This document shows, one piece after another, positions 1 to 11,770 of a stretch of 64,000 nt of DNA (the stretch's first letter is position 1; the number at the start of each line of letters is the position of its first letter). A model generated the notes under the pieces. That model made no database searches. It had not been told where the DNA came from and saw nothing but the letters and a program-made list of their open reading frames with translations. A program made the translations under genes and the position numbers. This DNA comes from Squalus acanthias (lineage: Eukaryota), in NCBI GenBank assembly GCA_030390025.1, contig JASTWF010000035.1, forward strand, positions 992,001-1,056,000. Reading direction: 5' to 3'.

Positions 1-1007
1 CTGCAGAGATAGTGGATGCAATCTACCAAAATTCCCTGGACTACATTAATGACTTGGATGAAGGAACCGAGTGTAATGTAGTCAAGTTTGCGGATGATAC
101 AAAGATGGGTGGGAAAGCTAGTTGTGCAGAGGACGCAAAGAACCTGCAAAGGGATATAGACAGGCTAAGTGAGTAGGCAAACATTTGGCAGATGGAGTAT
201 AATGTGGGAAAGTGTGAGGTTATCCACTTTGGCAGGAAAAATAAAAAAGCAAACTATTATTTAAATGGAGAGAGATTACAAAATGCTACAGTTCAGAGGG
301 ACCTGGAGATCCTTGTGCATGAAACACACAAAGTTAGCATGCAGGTACAGCAAGTAATCAAAAAGACAAATGGAATGTTGGCCTTTATTGCAAAGGGGTT
401 GGAGTATAAAAGCAGTGAAGTCCTGCTACAACTGTACAGGGTATTGGTGAGACCACACCTTGAGTACTGCGTACAGTTTTGGTCTCCTTATTTAAGGAAG
501 GATATACTTGCATTGGAGGCAGTTCAGATACGATTCACTCGGTTAATTCCAGAGATGAGGGGTTTGACTTATGAGGAAAGGTTGAGCAGGCTGGGCCTAT
601 ACTCGTTGGAATTTAGAAGAATGAGAGGTGATCTTATTGAAACATATAAGATACTGAGGGGCCTCGACAGGGTAGATGCAGAGAGGATGTTTCCCCTCGT
701 GGGTGAATCTAAAACTCGGGGGCATAGTTTCAGAATAAAGGGTCGCCCTTTTAGAACTGAGATGAGGAGGAATTTCTTCTCTGAGGGTCGTAAATCTGTG
801 GAATTCTCTGCCCCATAGAGCCATGGAGGCTGGGTCATTAAATACATTAAGGTGGCGATAGACAGATTTTTACAAGATAAGGGAGTGAAGGGTTATGGGG
901 AGCGAGCAGGGAAGTGGCTTTGAGCCCAAGATCAGCCATGATCTTATTGAATGGCGGAGCAGGCTCGAGGGGCCAAGTGGCCTATTCCTGCTCCTGTTTC
1001 TTATGTT
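1..1007 (+). mobile_element. CR1-clade LINE, 3' part (RT C-terminus and tail), decayed
   Basis: KFADDTK and [23 protein letters not shown] motifs, in-frame stop at ~174, CR1 tail ...cctattcctgctcctgtttcttatgttc. Confidence 0.95.
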
Positions 1008-1010
1008 CAC

Positions 1011-1450
1011 AGTACTCCGTGCCTTCCCCCATTCACTGGTGCCCTCCCCCAATTCCCCCATTCACTGGTGCCCTCCTCCTCTCTCTTCACCCCCCCCCCC
1101 CCCAATTCACTGGTGCCCTCCTCCTCTCTCTTTCCCCCCCCCCCCCCAATTCACTGGTGCCCTCCTCCTCTCTCTTCCCCCCCCCCCCCCCCCCCCAATT
1201 CACTGGTGCCCTCCTCCTCTCTCTTCCCCCCCCCCCCCCCCAATTCACTGGTGCCCTCCTCCTCTCTCTTTCCCCCCCCCCAATTCACTGGTGCCCTCCT
1301 CCTCTCTCTCTTTCCCCCCCCCACCCCCCCCCCCACCCCAATTCACTGGTGCCCTCCTCCTCTCTCTTCCCCCCCCAATTCACTGGTGCCCTCCTCCTCT
1401 CTCTCTTCCCCCCCCCCCCCCCCCATTCACTGGTGCTCTCCGCCCCCCCC
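1011..1450. repeat. ~40-bp minisatellite AATTCACTGGTGCCCTCCTCCTCTCTCTT(C)n with variable poly-C
   Basis: About 10 visible units; source of the Pro-rich ORFs at 895-1601. Confidence 0.9.
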
Positions 1451-1657
1451 CAGTCATTTGCCATTTCTAGTGTTTTACATCAGTAGGGAAGATAGAAAGG
1501 AGAAACGGCGACTGGAAATACACAAGCAGTCCGCCAGCTACCGCAGTGAGAGAAAAGACATGTTCGTGTTTCAGGAAGGGCCCACCATTGCTTATCAATA
1601 GTCCAGGTTGTGTCTCAGCAGACTGGGACTAGTGCAGCTTTCTGTGCTTATTTGCAG

Positions 1658-1797
1658 GGCTTCCAGCGAGTGTTTGACGAGTTACCGGATATAAACCTGG
1701 ATGTGCCTCTCGCTCACACGATCCTGGAGAAGTTCATGGACCTCTGTTTCCAGGAAGCCTTTATAACCAAGCAGCTTCGTGATAGCTGCCCTTCACG
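1658..1797 (+). CDS. PDCD4: PDCD4-like, penultimate coding exon (end of second MA3 domain)
   Basis: tttgcag|GGC...TCACG|gtaag; GFQRVFDELPDINLDVPLAHTILEKFMDLCFQEAFITKQLRDSCPSR resembles human GYERIYNEIPDINLDVPHSYSVLERFVEECFQAGIISKQLRDLCPSR; may be a paralog. Confidence 0.9.
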
Positions 1798-2440
1798 GTA
1801 AGCGATGGCCAGAAATAGCGCTCAGCACCACATCTCTTACAAGGGGGGCTGCTTTTCTCCGCAACCTCCCTGTGTCCTGTGAGGCTGACTCTGAACATCA
1901 GTCACTTTCAATTAAGATGCTGGGGGCTGGGCTTGGGCCAGTGAGTAGTGCAGAACTGAGGGATCCCTGCATAGTCGGAATACCATCTTCAAACCGAGTC
2001 CCTGCCTAACATTCAGGTGGATGTTAAAGATCCTACCGCACTCTTCTGAGATCAGTCTCCATTATACAGAGCAGTGCTGGGACTGTAATCGTTCTCTAGG
2101 AACCTAACAGGGATAGTTTCCATGGGTGTCTTCCTGTACTTTGCTCAAGTGGCCATTTTCCGCGTGTGTGTGTGTGTGTGTGTGTGTGTCAGCAACTATT
2201 CTCTCCATGGGAGCATCACAGCCGAGCTTGTCCTGCACCAACACACACTCACTTTCCAATAGTGATTACCAGCTAGTGATCAGGAACAGAACCCTGGCCC
2301 TGACCAATTGTAGTGCCCGATTCAGATCAGGGTCGCACACTGTGCCTTCCTGAGCCGTGGCTCCAGTGTATTGGTCAGCACTTTCCTCACTAACTCGCTG
2401 TTTGTTGATTTTAATCCTGCTCTTTCTTTGTTGCTTCCAG

Positions 2441-2492
2441 AGGACGTAAGCGTTTTGTGAGCGAGGGAGATGGTGGCCGTGTCAAGGAGTAA
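2441..2492 (+). CDS. PDCD4: PDCD4-like, last coding exon
   Basis: ttccag|A GGA CGT AAG...; (R)GRKRFVSEGDGGRVKE*, phase matches the previous exon. Confidence 0.92.
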
Positions 2493-4170
2493 GATTTCAC
2501 TGCGTGCACTCTGCTGTCGGACCCTGAGAATATACACAGTATTTTACCAGGACCTCAAAACATATTTCTCCACCCAACAACCATGACTAAACAGGAGCTG
2601 GGACAGAGCTGCAGGAACAGTGGAGAAGCCAAGCCAACCGGTTTGATGTCATTGCCTGCAATGTTTGTAATTGAGCACTTGCCCCCCTCCCATGTTCGAG
2701 TGACCCAACATTCACTGGTTATCGGCTGTAATGATGAATTCTGTTACAGGATAGAATCAGTTTATTTGTCCTGTGTCAGGGGCTGACTCTCTCATTGGGT
2801 CTCCATCCAAAAAAGAGAGAATTTGCTGATGTCCGTCAAACCGTGCAGAGCAGAAGCAGTGAAGTCAGTAGGGGTTCCAAGTAGCTTTTTATGTAGACTG
2901 GGGCTGTTTGATTTGAAGAGACGATCCCTGCTTTTTCCCCCACCTAGAAACACGGACTGGTGTGATTGTTTCCCCACTAATAGCAATCTGTTACCCTGCT
3001 TCCATTCTTTACTGCTCTGCCCACAGCAGACACCCATTGCCAGGCCTGTACAGGTGCTGCTCTGCCCACAGGGAGAGTGGCCCAAGGAGGGGGAAAGGTT
3101 GCCTGAACCTGGGTTAGGGGGAATTAAACGATGAGCCAGGATCCATCCAACAGCCACTGGTAGAAATTGCCTGCTTGAATGTCAGAGGGCAGGCAACAGC
3201 CATGGACTGTACCCCAGGGGGAGGGATCATGGCCTGTTAATGACCAGTGAAGAGGGCAGCATCAAGCAGCAGCTCCTTGTCATTCAAACAAGTGACCTGG
3301 TTGTCACCAAAGAAACTCACTAGGACTAAATATGAAGCAGTGGGATCCAATCGGATGCAGTGCTTGCAGAGAGGGCGAGGTGGGTTATAATCGTCTGTAC
3401 ACCCACTAGTGGGTGGGGTTGAATCCACGATGTCCCCATCGCCGAGCTCAGTCATCCCACTCTCTCCGTCCCCGGGACAGTGAGAGCCCAGGACCCTCAC
3501 TGGCAATGTACGGGGGGGCCTTTCAGTGGTGGGTTTAGGCCAAACTGCACTTGGCAAGTTTTGCACTTGATCAGAGAGGTTGAATGGGGAATAAAAGATC
3601 CCACGACCGTCACGCCACCCACACCTCACAAGGGGGAAAAGCGGGTTCGTCTCTAATAATGGGAAATGCTTTTAAGAAAAGTCGGATCTGGAATAAAGAT
3701 GATTCTACCAAGCCGTGATCTTTGATTCTCCCTTGCCGTGTGTGCAGTGAATCACTGGACCTAGTCCGAGGACGCACTCTAATGTCATATCCTCCTTGTG
3801 TCGCCCCAAGTTTCCTCTCCCTCCACAGGTTCTGGAGAGGCTTGTGCAGACATTCTCAGTCACTGCGCTGGTCTCTGCACAGGACGGGCTCTGGGGGGCG
3901 GGGGGGTCCTGCCCCTGATCTCTATCCAGTGACTCCTGCTGCAAACTGTGGATGTCGGCCAAGAGCAAGACTGAGCTCTGACCCGATGCCCCTCAGTCGG
4001 GAAGCTGCTAACACTCGGGGTCTGCGCTCTCGGGTTGTTGTCTGTGCCCGACCCTGGCCAGAGTTGGCACCTTCGGGAAGGGAGAAAGGCATTACTGAGA
4101 ACATGAGAAAAGTCATGTGTCTGTGAAGGTAAAATTAGAGACGTGTCTGAGTTGCAAATGGGACGTTTTT

Positions 4171-6750
4171 CATAAGAACATAAGAAATAGGAGCAGGAGT
4201 AGGCCACACGGCCCCTCGAGCCTGCTCCGTCATTCAATAAGATTATGGCTGATCATCGACCTCAACTCCACTTTCCCGCCCAATCTCCATATCCCTTGAT
4301 TCCCCTAGAGTCCCAAAATCTATCGATCTCAGCCTTGAATATACTCAAAGACTCAGCATTCACAGCCCTCTGGGGCAGAGAATTCCAAACATTCACAACC
4401 CTCTGAGTGAAGAAATTCCTCCTCATCTCGGTCTTAAATGGCCGACCCCTTATCCTGAGACTATGCCCCCTAGTTCTAGACTCTCCAGCCAGGGGAAACA
4501 ACCTCTCAGCATCTACCCTGTCAATCCCACTCAGAATCTTGTATGTTTCAATGAGATCACCTCTCATTCTTCTAAACTCCAGAGAGTATAGGCCCATTCC
4601 ACACAATCTCTCATCCCAGGAATCAATCTAGTGAACCTTTGTTGCACCGCCTCCAAGGCAAGTTCCTTAGATAAGGAGACCAAAACTGTGCACAGTACTC
4701 CAGGTGTGGTCTCACCAAGGCCCTGTACAATTGTAGCAAGACTTCCTTACTCTTATACTCCAACCCCCTTGCAAAAAAGGCCAACATGCCATTTGCCTTC
4801 CTTATTGCTTGCTGTACCTGCATGCTAGCTTTCTGTGTTTCTTACACGAGGACACCCAAATCTCTCTCAACACCAACATTTGAAAGTTTCTCACCATTTA
4901 AAAAATATTCTGTTTTTCTATTCTTCCTACCAAAGTGAATAACCTCACATTTCCCTACATTATACTCCATCTGCCACCTTACTGCCCACTCACCCAGTCT
5001 ATCTATATCCCTTTGCAGACTCTGTGTCCTCCTCACAGCTTACTGTCCCACCTAGCTTTGTATCATCAGCAAACTTGGATACATTACACTCGGTCCCATC
5101 ATCTCAGTCATTAATATAGATTGTAAATAGCTGAGGCCCCAACACTGATCCTTGCGGCACGTTACTAGTTACAGCCTGCCAACCTAAAAAGATCCGTTTA
5201 TCCCTACTCTGTTTTCTATCTGTTAACCAATCCTCTATCCATGCTTCTGTTAACCCCATGAGCCCTAATCTTGTACAATAACATTTTATGTGGCACCTTA
5301 TCGAATACCTTTTGGAAATCCAAATATACTACATCCACAGGTTCCCCTTTATCTACCCTGCTAGTTAATCCTCAAAAAACTCGAATAAATTTGTCAAACA
5401 CTATTTCCCTTTCATAAAACCATGTTGACTCTGCCTAATCATGTTATGATTTTCTAAGTGCCCTGATACCACTTCCTTAACAATGGATTCCAGCATTTTC
5501 CCCGATGACTGATGTCAGGCTAACTGGCCTGTAGTTCCGTTTTTTTTCCTCTCCCTCCTTTCTTGAATAGCGGTGTTACATTTGTGATCTTCCAATCCGC
5601 TGGGACCATTCCAGAATCTAGGGAATTTTGGAAGATCAAAACTAATGCATCCACTATCTCTTCTGCCACCTCTTTTAGAACCCTAGGATGTAGGCCATCA
5701 GGTCCAGGAGATTTGTCGACTTTATTAGTTTCTCTTACTTTTTCTCTACTTATATTAATTACGTTAAGTTCCTCATCCTCATTAGACTTTTGGTATGCTT
5801 TTTGTGTCTTCTATTGTGAAGACAGATAAACAAATATTTTGTAACGTTTCTGCCATTTCCTTATTCCCCATAATTTCTCCTGTCTCGGCCTCTAAGGGAC
5901 CAACGTTTACTTTTGCTGCTACTCTTCCTTTTTACATACTTGTAGAAGCTCTTACAATCTGCTTTTATATTTCTTGCCGTGATTATCTCTCTGCCAGGTG
6001 TGATAAAGGGCAGTTGGAAAGATTAACTGTAATCATCTGGCAGTGTTCTCTGACTATATATGCTGTGCCAATATGCATCTCTTCACTTCACCTGACGAAG
6101 GAGCAGCGCTCCGAAAGCTTGTGATTTCAAATAAAGCTGTTTGACTATAACCTGGTGTGCGACTTCTCACATTTGTCCACCCCAGTCCAACACCGGCATC
6201 TCCACATCACATTTATATTTCTTGAACCACCATACCTTTTAATCTATTTTTCCAATCTACCTTAGCCAACGTGCCCCTCATACCTATGTAATTGGCTTTA
6301 TTTAAGTTTAAGACTCTAATTTCGACTTAGGCAAGTCACTCTCAGAATTTCACATTAATTTTATCATATTATGATCACTCTGCCCAGAGGATCCTTTACT
6401 ATGAGATTGCTAATTAACCCTGTCTCATTACACAATACAAGATCTAAAATAGCCTGTTCCCTGACACATTGTTCTAGGAAACTGTCCTGAATGCATTCCA
6501 TGAACTCATCCTCCAGACTACCTTTGCCAATTTGATTTGTCCAGTCTATATGAAGATTAAAATCCCCCACGATTATTGCATTACCTTTGTTGCAAGCTCC
6601 CATTTATTATCAGGGTTACTCCCCCTCCTTTTCCATTCTACCTGTCTTTTTGAAACGTCAAGTACCCTGGAACATTTAGTTCCCAACCTTGGCCACCTTG
6701 CAACCACGCCTCTATAATGGCTTATTAGATCAAACCCATCTATCTCTAAT
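4171..6750 (-). mobile_element. CR1 LINE (EN remnant, RT, tail), decayed with deletions
   Basis: Reverse tail cataagaacataagaaataggagcagg at 4171; RT fragments; IIVGDFNLHIDW EN motif at ~6550. Confidence 0.92.
5977..6211 (+). mobile_element. Short Penelope-tail/retrozyme-like insertion carrying a hammerhead motif (6088-6124)
   Basis: 13-bp TSD TTTATATTTCTTG (5964-5976, 6212-6224); TCAC-CTGACGA-A-GGAGC-agc-GCTCC-GAAA-GCTT-GTGA. Confidence 0.75.
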
Positions 6751-7126
6751 GTGAGCTGTTAGTTTGTTTTATGTTAAGCATTTACCGATAGGATAAATAA
6801 TTCAGGGGAACAGATTGAGCTCAGCACATGGGATTTAAACAAAAATGCTCCAACAGGAGCGTCTCTGCCCTTCGAATTGTGACTAACATGGCAGTGGAGC
6901 GCTGTGACTCTGGGCCACGTCCCCCCTCCACCCATTGTGTGCGTCTGCATCTTCCCCCCCCCCCCCCCCCCCCCGCAGTTTGTTCATCTGCTGCAGTAAG
7001 TCGGGATGTTGCTCAGCACTCTGGCACCTGGTGGCCAGTTTCACAGCAGTTTGCATTGTTGGGACAGAGACTGAGGGGAGGAGACAACACGAGCGGTGAA
7101 GGGGCCGGTGACAAATTCCAGCTGCA

Positions 7127-7326
7127 CCAAGGAACCTTGCTGGGTCTGAGCAGGCACCTTGTGGATCCAAGGAACGTCACTGGGTCTGAGCAGGCACCTT
7201 GTGGATCCAAGGAACGTCACTGGGTCTGAGCAGGCACCTTGTGGATCCAAGGAACGTCACTGGGTCTGAGCAGGCACCCTGTGGATCCAAGGAATGTCGC
7301 TGGGTCTGAGCAGGCACCTTGTGGAT
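7127..7326. repeat. 40-bp tandem repeat, 5 copies
   Basis: CCAAGGAACGTCACTGGGTCTGAGCAGGCACCTTGTGGAT with period 40. Confidence 0.95.
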
Positions 7327-7924
7327 ACAATGGTTGCAATTGGAGAAGACCAGGTCTGTTTGTAGAGGAAGCTCCAGGGTTGACTCCATGTCCTGCTCAT
7401 CCTCTGTCTCTCTTACTGTGCCCACTCCATTAAGCTCTTGGTTTGTATATTCTATACCTCTTGCTAGGAAAAACTAGAATTCCATTAGCTTTATTTAACA
7501 ATCTTATCAGCCTGAGGTGCTGCCTTTAATGTCCATGTCTGTTACCTCAACAGAATTCTGAGGTCTGTGGAGCACAATCAGCTTCTGAAATCCCTGCTGG
7601 CTACTTCTAACTATTCATCCTTGAAGACTAAAATTTTCCCTACCACAGATGTTAACCTAAGTGTAATATAAATTCAAGTTGTAACTACCTGGATTTGCTC
7701 CATCTCCCTTGATAAAGATGGGTACTCCATTGGTCACGCCAGTCCTCCGACACACATCCACTCTCAACACAGCCTGAACTATAATTGCTAGGGGCTGGGC
7801 CATGCCCTCTATCATCTCTCTGGATCCTCAGATATATCCCATCGAGCCCCAGAACTACTTCATCCTTTAGTCTATCGTATCACTCTCAGCCACTTTACCA
7901 TTCACCTCCTCTCCGACATCCTTC

Positions 7925-8340
7925 TCTAGCAAAGTACTTATTAAATAGCTCTGCAATTTCTAAGGGGCTATCAAATCCTTTAATAATCTTAAACACCTGA
8001 ATTAGATCACCCTTTAATCTTCTATTTAATTGGCCATTTAAGACTGAGATGAAGAGGAATTTCTTCACTGAGGGTTGTGAATCTTTGAAATTCTCTTCCC
8101 CAAAGGGATGTGGATGTTGAGTATATTCAAGGCTGAGATAGATAGATTTTTGGACTTGAGGGGGATCGGGTGGGAAAGTGGAGTTGAGGTCAAAGATCAG
8201 CCATGATTTTATTGAATGGCGGAGCAGGCTCGAGGGGTCATATGGCCGACTCCTATTATGTTCTATACTCGAGGGAAAACAAGCTGAGTCTACGTAACCT
8301 GTCCTCAATTTAACCCTTTTAGCCCTGGTATCATTCTGGT
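7925..8340. mobile_element. Rearranged CR1 3' fragments in both orientations
   Basis: RRLKGDLIQVFKIIKG on -, CR1 tail on + at ~8190-8265. Confidence 0.75.
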
Positions 8341-8787
8341 GCAGATGACTCTGGGAACCACTGCCATTAGGGAATTCCACTGACTCAATGAAGTGTCTTC
8401 CTTCTGTAATTGAAGTGGTTCCTCGTCGTAGAGTCTTGGATGCAGGACCTCGAAGGTGACTGCTCACAATCTGTAAAGTTGAACCCAATCCTGCAACTTG
8501 TGGACTGTGCAGCATTTGCTCTGCACGATTCTGAAGCAGGAAGGAGAGAGCGAGTGTGGAACTGGGCACCTGGTAAACGTGCGTCCAGCACCAGCTTGTC
8601 ATCATTTCTCTCGCTCGCTGAGGAATCCCCATCGTTCCCTCAGGACCAGCCTGACTGTCGGATGTGGCTGATCCGAGCTTCCTTTTGGCTGCACTGCCGT
8701 TAACTGCGTGTGGAGATGTGTCAGAGGGAGCCACTTCCACCCAGCTTGCTGTGAACACTCACTCCGCTGACAATGTTTTATTCTGTC

Positions 8788-9515
8788 AGCCATGGTTCAG
8801 TGGATAGCACTCTCATCTTCGTTTAAAAGGTCGTGGGTTCAAATCCCACTCCAGAGACTTGAGCACACAATCTAGGCTGACACTTTGGTGCACTACTGAG
8901 GCAGCACTCCAGTGTCGGTGGTGCCATCTTTCGGATGAGACGTTAAGCCGCGGTCCCGTCTGCCCTCTTGGCTGGATGTAAAAGATTCCAAGAGGAGCAA
9001 GGGAGTTCTCCCCGGTGTCCTGGTTAATATTTATCCCTTAACCAACACCATTAAAACAGTCCGTCAGGTCATTATCACATTGCTGTTTGTGGGATCTTGC
9101 TGTGCTCAAATTGGCTGCCACATTTCCTACTTTTTTTTAAATTTATGCATGGGATGTGGGCGTCGCTGGCAAGGCCAGCATTTATTGCCCATCCCTAATT
9201 GCCCCTCGAGAAGGTGGTGGTGAGCCGCCTTCTTGAACCGCTGCAGTCCACCCAGCGACGCGTCAGGATGGTGTGTGACTTGGAGGTGGCGGTGTTCCCA
9301 TGCGCCTGCTGCCCATGTCCTTCTAGGAGGTAGAGGTCACGGGTTTGGGAGTTGCTGCAGTGCATCGTTTAGATGATACACACTGCAGCCACGGTGTGCC
9401 GGTGGTGGATGGAGTGCCAATGAAGCGTGACTACACTTCAAAAGTACTTTATTGGCTGTAAAGCGCTTTAGGATGTCCTGAGATCATGAAAGGTGCTTTA
9501 TAAATACAATTCTTT
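8788..9515 (+). mobile_element. tRNA-derived Deu-type SINE (SacSINE1-like), interrupted by a minus-strand LINE tail at ~9131-9425
   Basis: A/B boxes (tggttcagtgg, ggttcaaatcc); ctttcggatgagacgttaa core; tail gactacacttcaaaagtactt...gtaaagcgcttt. Confidence 0.8.
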
Positions 9516-10628
9516 CTTTACTCTCGTGACCTCGGCAACACTGGCAAGGCTGCAGTTATTGCCCATCCCTTGTAGCCCTGAGTGCATTGAAGGGTCGACC
9601 ACAAACAAGACATCAGAAAAATGAAGATAGAAAGTGGAAAACAGGCTGGAAGCTCTGGAAATTCTTCATCTTCAGAATGACCAGTGATGTAATGGTTAGA
9701 GAGAGAACATAGGAGCAGGACTAAGCCATTTAGTCCCTCGAGGATCAAAGAAGAGATAGATAGATGAAGCAAATTCAAAAGGGAATTGGACAAAGACTTG
9801 TAAAGGAGAATTTCATGGTATGATACAGTAGACAATGGGGAAGAGCAGGAGAGGGATTAATTGGATAGCTCTTTCAAACTGGCACAGGTACAATGGGCCG
9901 AATGGCGGCCTCCTGTTCTGTAAGATTCTAATTAATGGAATTCTCTCTCCTTCGGCCGTTTCTTTTACACCGAATGAACCAGAGCACACACCCACCACTG
10001 GAGACTGATTCAGAAAGAATGGGGTAGAGAGAGAGACGGACAGAGTGCAGGCCCTTCCAATTGCTATTTGTATTCCTCCCGCTACAAACCCTGGGACTGG
10101 AAGCATTTTCCGGTGAGCAAGTGAATTACACGCACAGAAAGATGGTGTCGACAAGAGCAGCGACATTCTCATCCTATCCACGACCCAGGGGGTCTCTCCA
10201 CCCCCGAGACCCTCGGTTCCGAGTGTGGGGATTCATTGAGCTCCATCTGACGACAGCAGTCCCGTTACATTTGGCCAGTAACAGCTCTTTCCTTCTCGCA
10301 CGAGCCTCCGATCGCTTTAATGAATTACTTCATGATGAGTTTCTAAACCAGGGAGATTAATCAGACTGAAGATGTTTCCCTCCTCTCCCCCAACACACAC
10401 AAGGTAAACGCCACTCACTCTGAGCGTGAACACAAGCTCCCCACAGTTAAAGCCCCGATACCGTCAGCGAGAGCCTGAACATCCTCACAGCGGCCCGGGG
10501 AACAATCTGGGTCACAGCGTCAGGGGGCTGCGTGAACCGGGGCCAGACATTTGATCTGAAACTGGTCAAAGGTCAGGGTTCATACCCCAGTCCCAGGTTT
10601 TGGGAGGGGGGCGAGAGAGACTCTCAGG

Positions 10629-10708
<80 letters not shown>

Positions 10709-10908
10709 NNNNNNNNNNNNNNNNNNNNNNNNNNNNNNNNNNNNNNNNNNNNNNNNNNNNNNNNNNNNNNNNNNNNNNNNNNNNNNNNNNNNNNNNNNNN
10801 NNNNNNNNNNNNNNNNNNNNNNNNNNNNNNNNNNNNNNNNNNNNNNNNNNNNNNNNNNNNNNNNNNNNNNNNNNNNNNNNNNNNNNNNNNNNNNNNNNNN
10901 NNNNNNNN

Positions 10909-10977
<69 letters not shown>
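10629..10977. other. Assembly gap (200 N, 10709-10908) flanked by long poly-G and poly-C
   Basis: Seen directly. Confidence 0.99.
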
Positions 10978-11023
10978 AGGTTCCCCCTCACTGTGTTACT
11001 GTGTTTCTGCTTGTCACTGACAG

Positions 11024-11126
11024 GAAGTTGGGGGATGGGCTGTTCCTGCAGTGCTGTAAGGAGATGGCCGAACTCTACCCCAGTATCAAATACGAATCGG
11101 TGATCATCGACAACTGCTGCATGCAG
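11024..11126 (+). CDS. IDH3B: NAD-dependent isocitrate dehydrogenase beta subunit, internal exon
   Basis: gacag|G AAG TTG..ATG CAG|gtaaat; [34 protein letters not shown]. Confidence 0.96.
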
Positions 11127-11428
11127 GTAAATACCGCGTTCCGCGGGCCGCCGGGTAAATACCGCGTTCCGCCAGGTAAATAGTGCGTTCCGCGGGTCGC
11201 CGGGTAAATAGCGCGTTTCACGGGCCGCGGCGTAAATACCGCGTTCCGCGGGCCGCCGGGTAAATAGCGCGTTCCGCGGGCCGCCGGGTAAATAGCGCGT
11301 TCCGCGGGCCGCCGGGTAAATAGCGCGTTCCGCGGGCCGCCGGGTAAATAGCGCGGGCCGCCGGGTAAATGCCGCAGGCCGCGGGTAAACACCGCGGGCC
11401 GCCGGGTAAATAGCGCGTTCCGCGGGCC
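11127..11428 (+). repeat. 28-bp CpG-rich minisatellite starting at the IDH3B donor GT
   Basis: GTAAATAGCGCGTTCCGCGGGCCGCCGG, about 11 units. Confidence 0.92.
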
Positions 11429-11547
11429 TCCACCGGTCAAGGGATAAATACTGCGCTCCGGCGCCCCGCACTCTCTCCCAGCCCTTCGTGTTCATTTCTA
11501 CCCTTCCCTGGTCAATCAGCACTGACTCTCTGCCCTCTGACCCACAG

Positions 11548-11694
11548 CTCGTGTCCAATCCCTATCAGTTCGATGTGCTGGTCATGCCAAATCTCTATGG
11601 AAACATCATTGACAACCTCGCGGCCGGTCTGGTGGGCGGAGCTGGGGTGGTCCCAGGAGAGAGCTTCAGTGCCGAGTATGCAGTCTTCGAAACG
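11548..11694 (+). CDS. IDH3B: IDH3B internal exon
   Basis: cacag|CTC..ACG|gtaaag; [49 protein letters not shown]. Confidence 0.97.
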
Positions 11695-11770
11695 GTAAAG
11701 GAACAGGAGCAGTGCCTGTGTGTCACCTTTAAACAGGGAGCACCAGCAAAGGGGGGCTTCTGATTCTGAG

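Noticed and set aside
7340..7400. PGLFVEE as a BBIP1-like exon next to PDCD4
   Set aside because: Match too short, on the wrong strand for the human arrangement, and no supporting exons.
7895..8758. 287-aa minus-strand ORF
   Set aside because: C-terminal half is CR1 debris and the rest has no homology I recognise; region 8345-8780 remains unexplained.
10532..11558. Poly-Gly/poly-Pro ORFs
   Set aside because: Homopolymers and Ns at the assembly gap.
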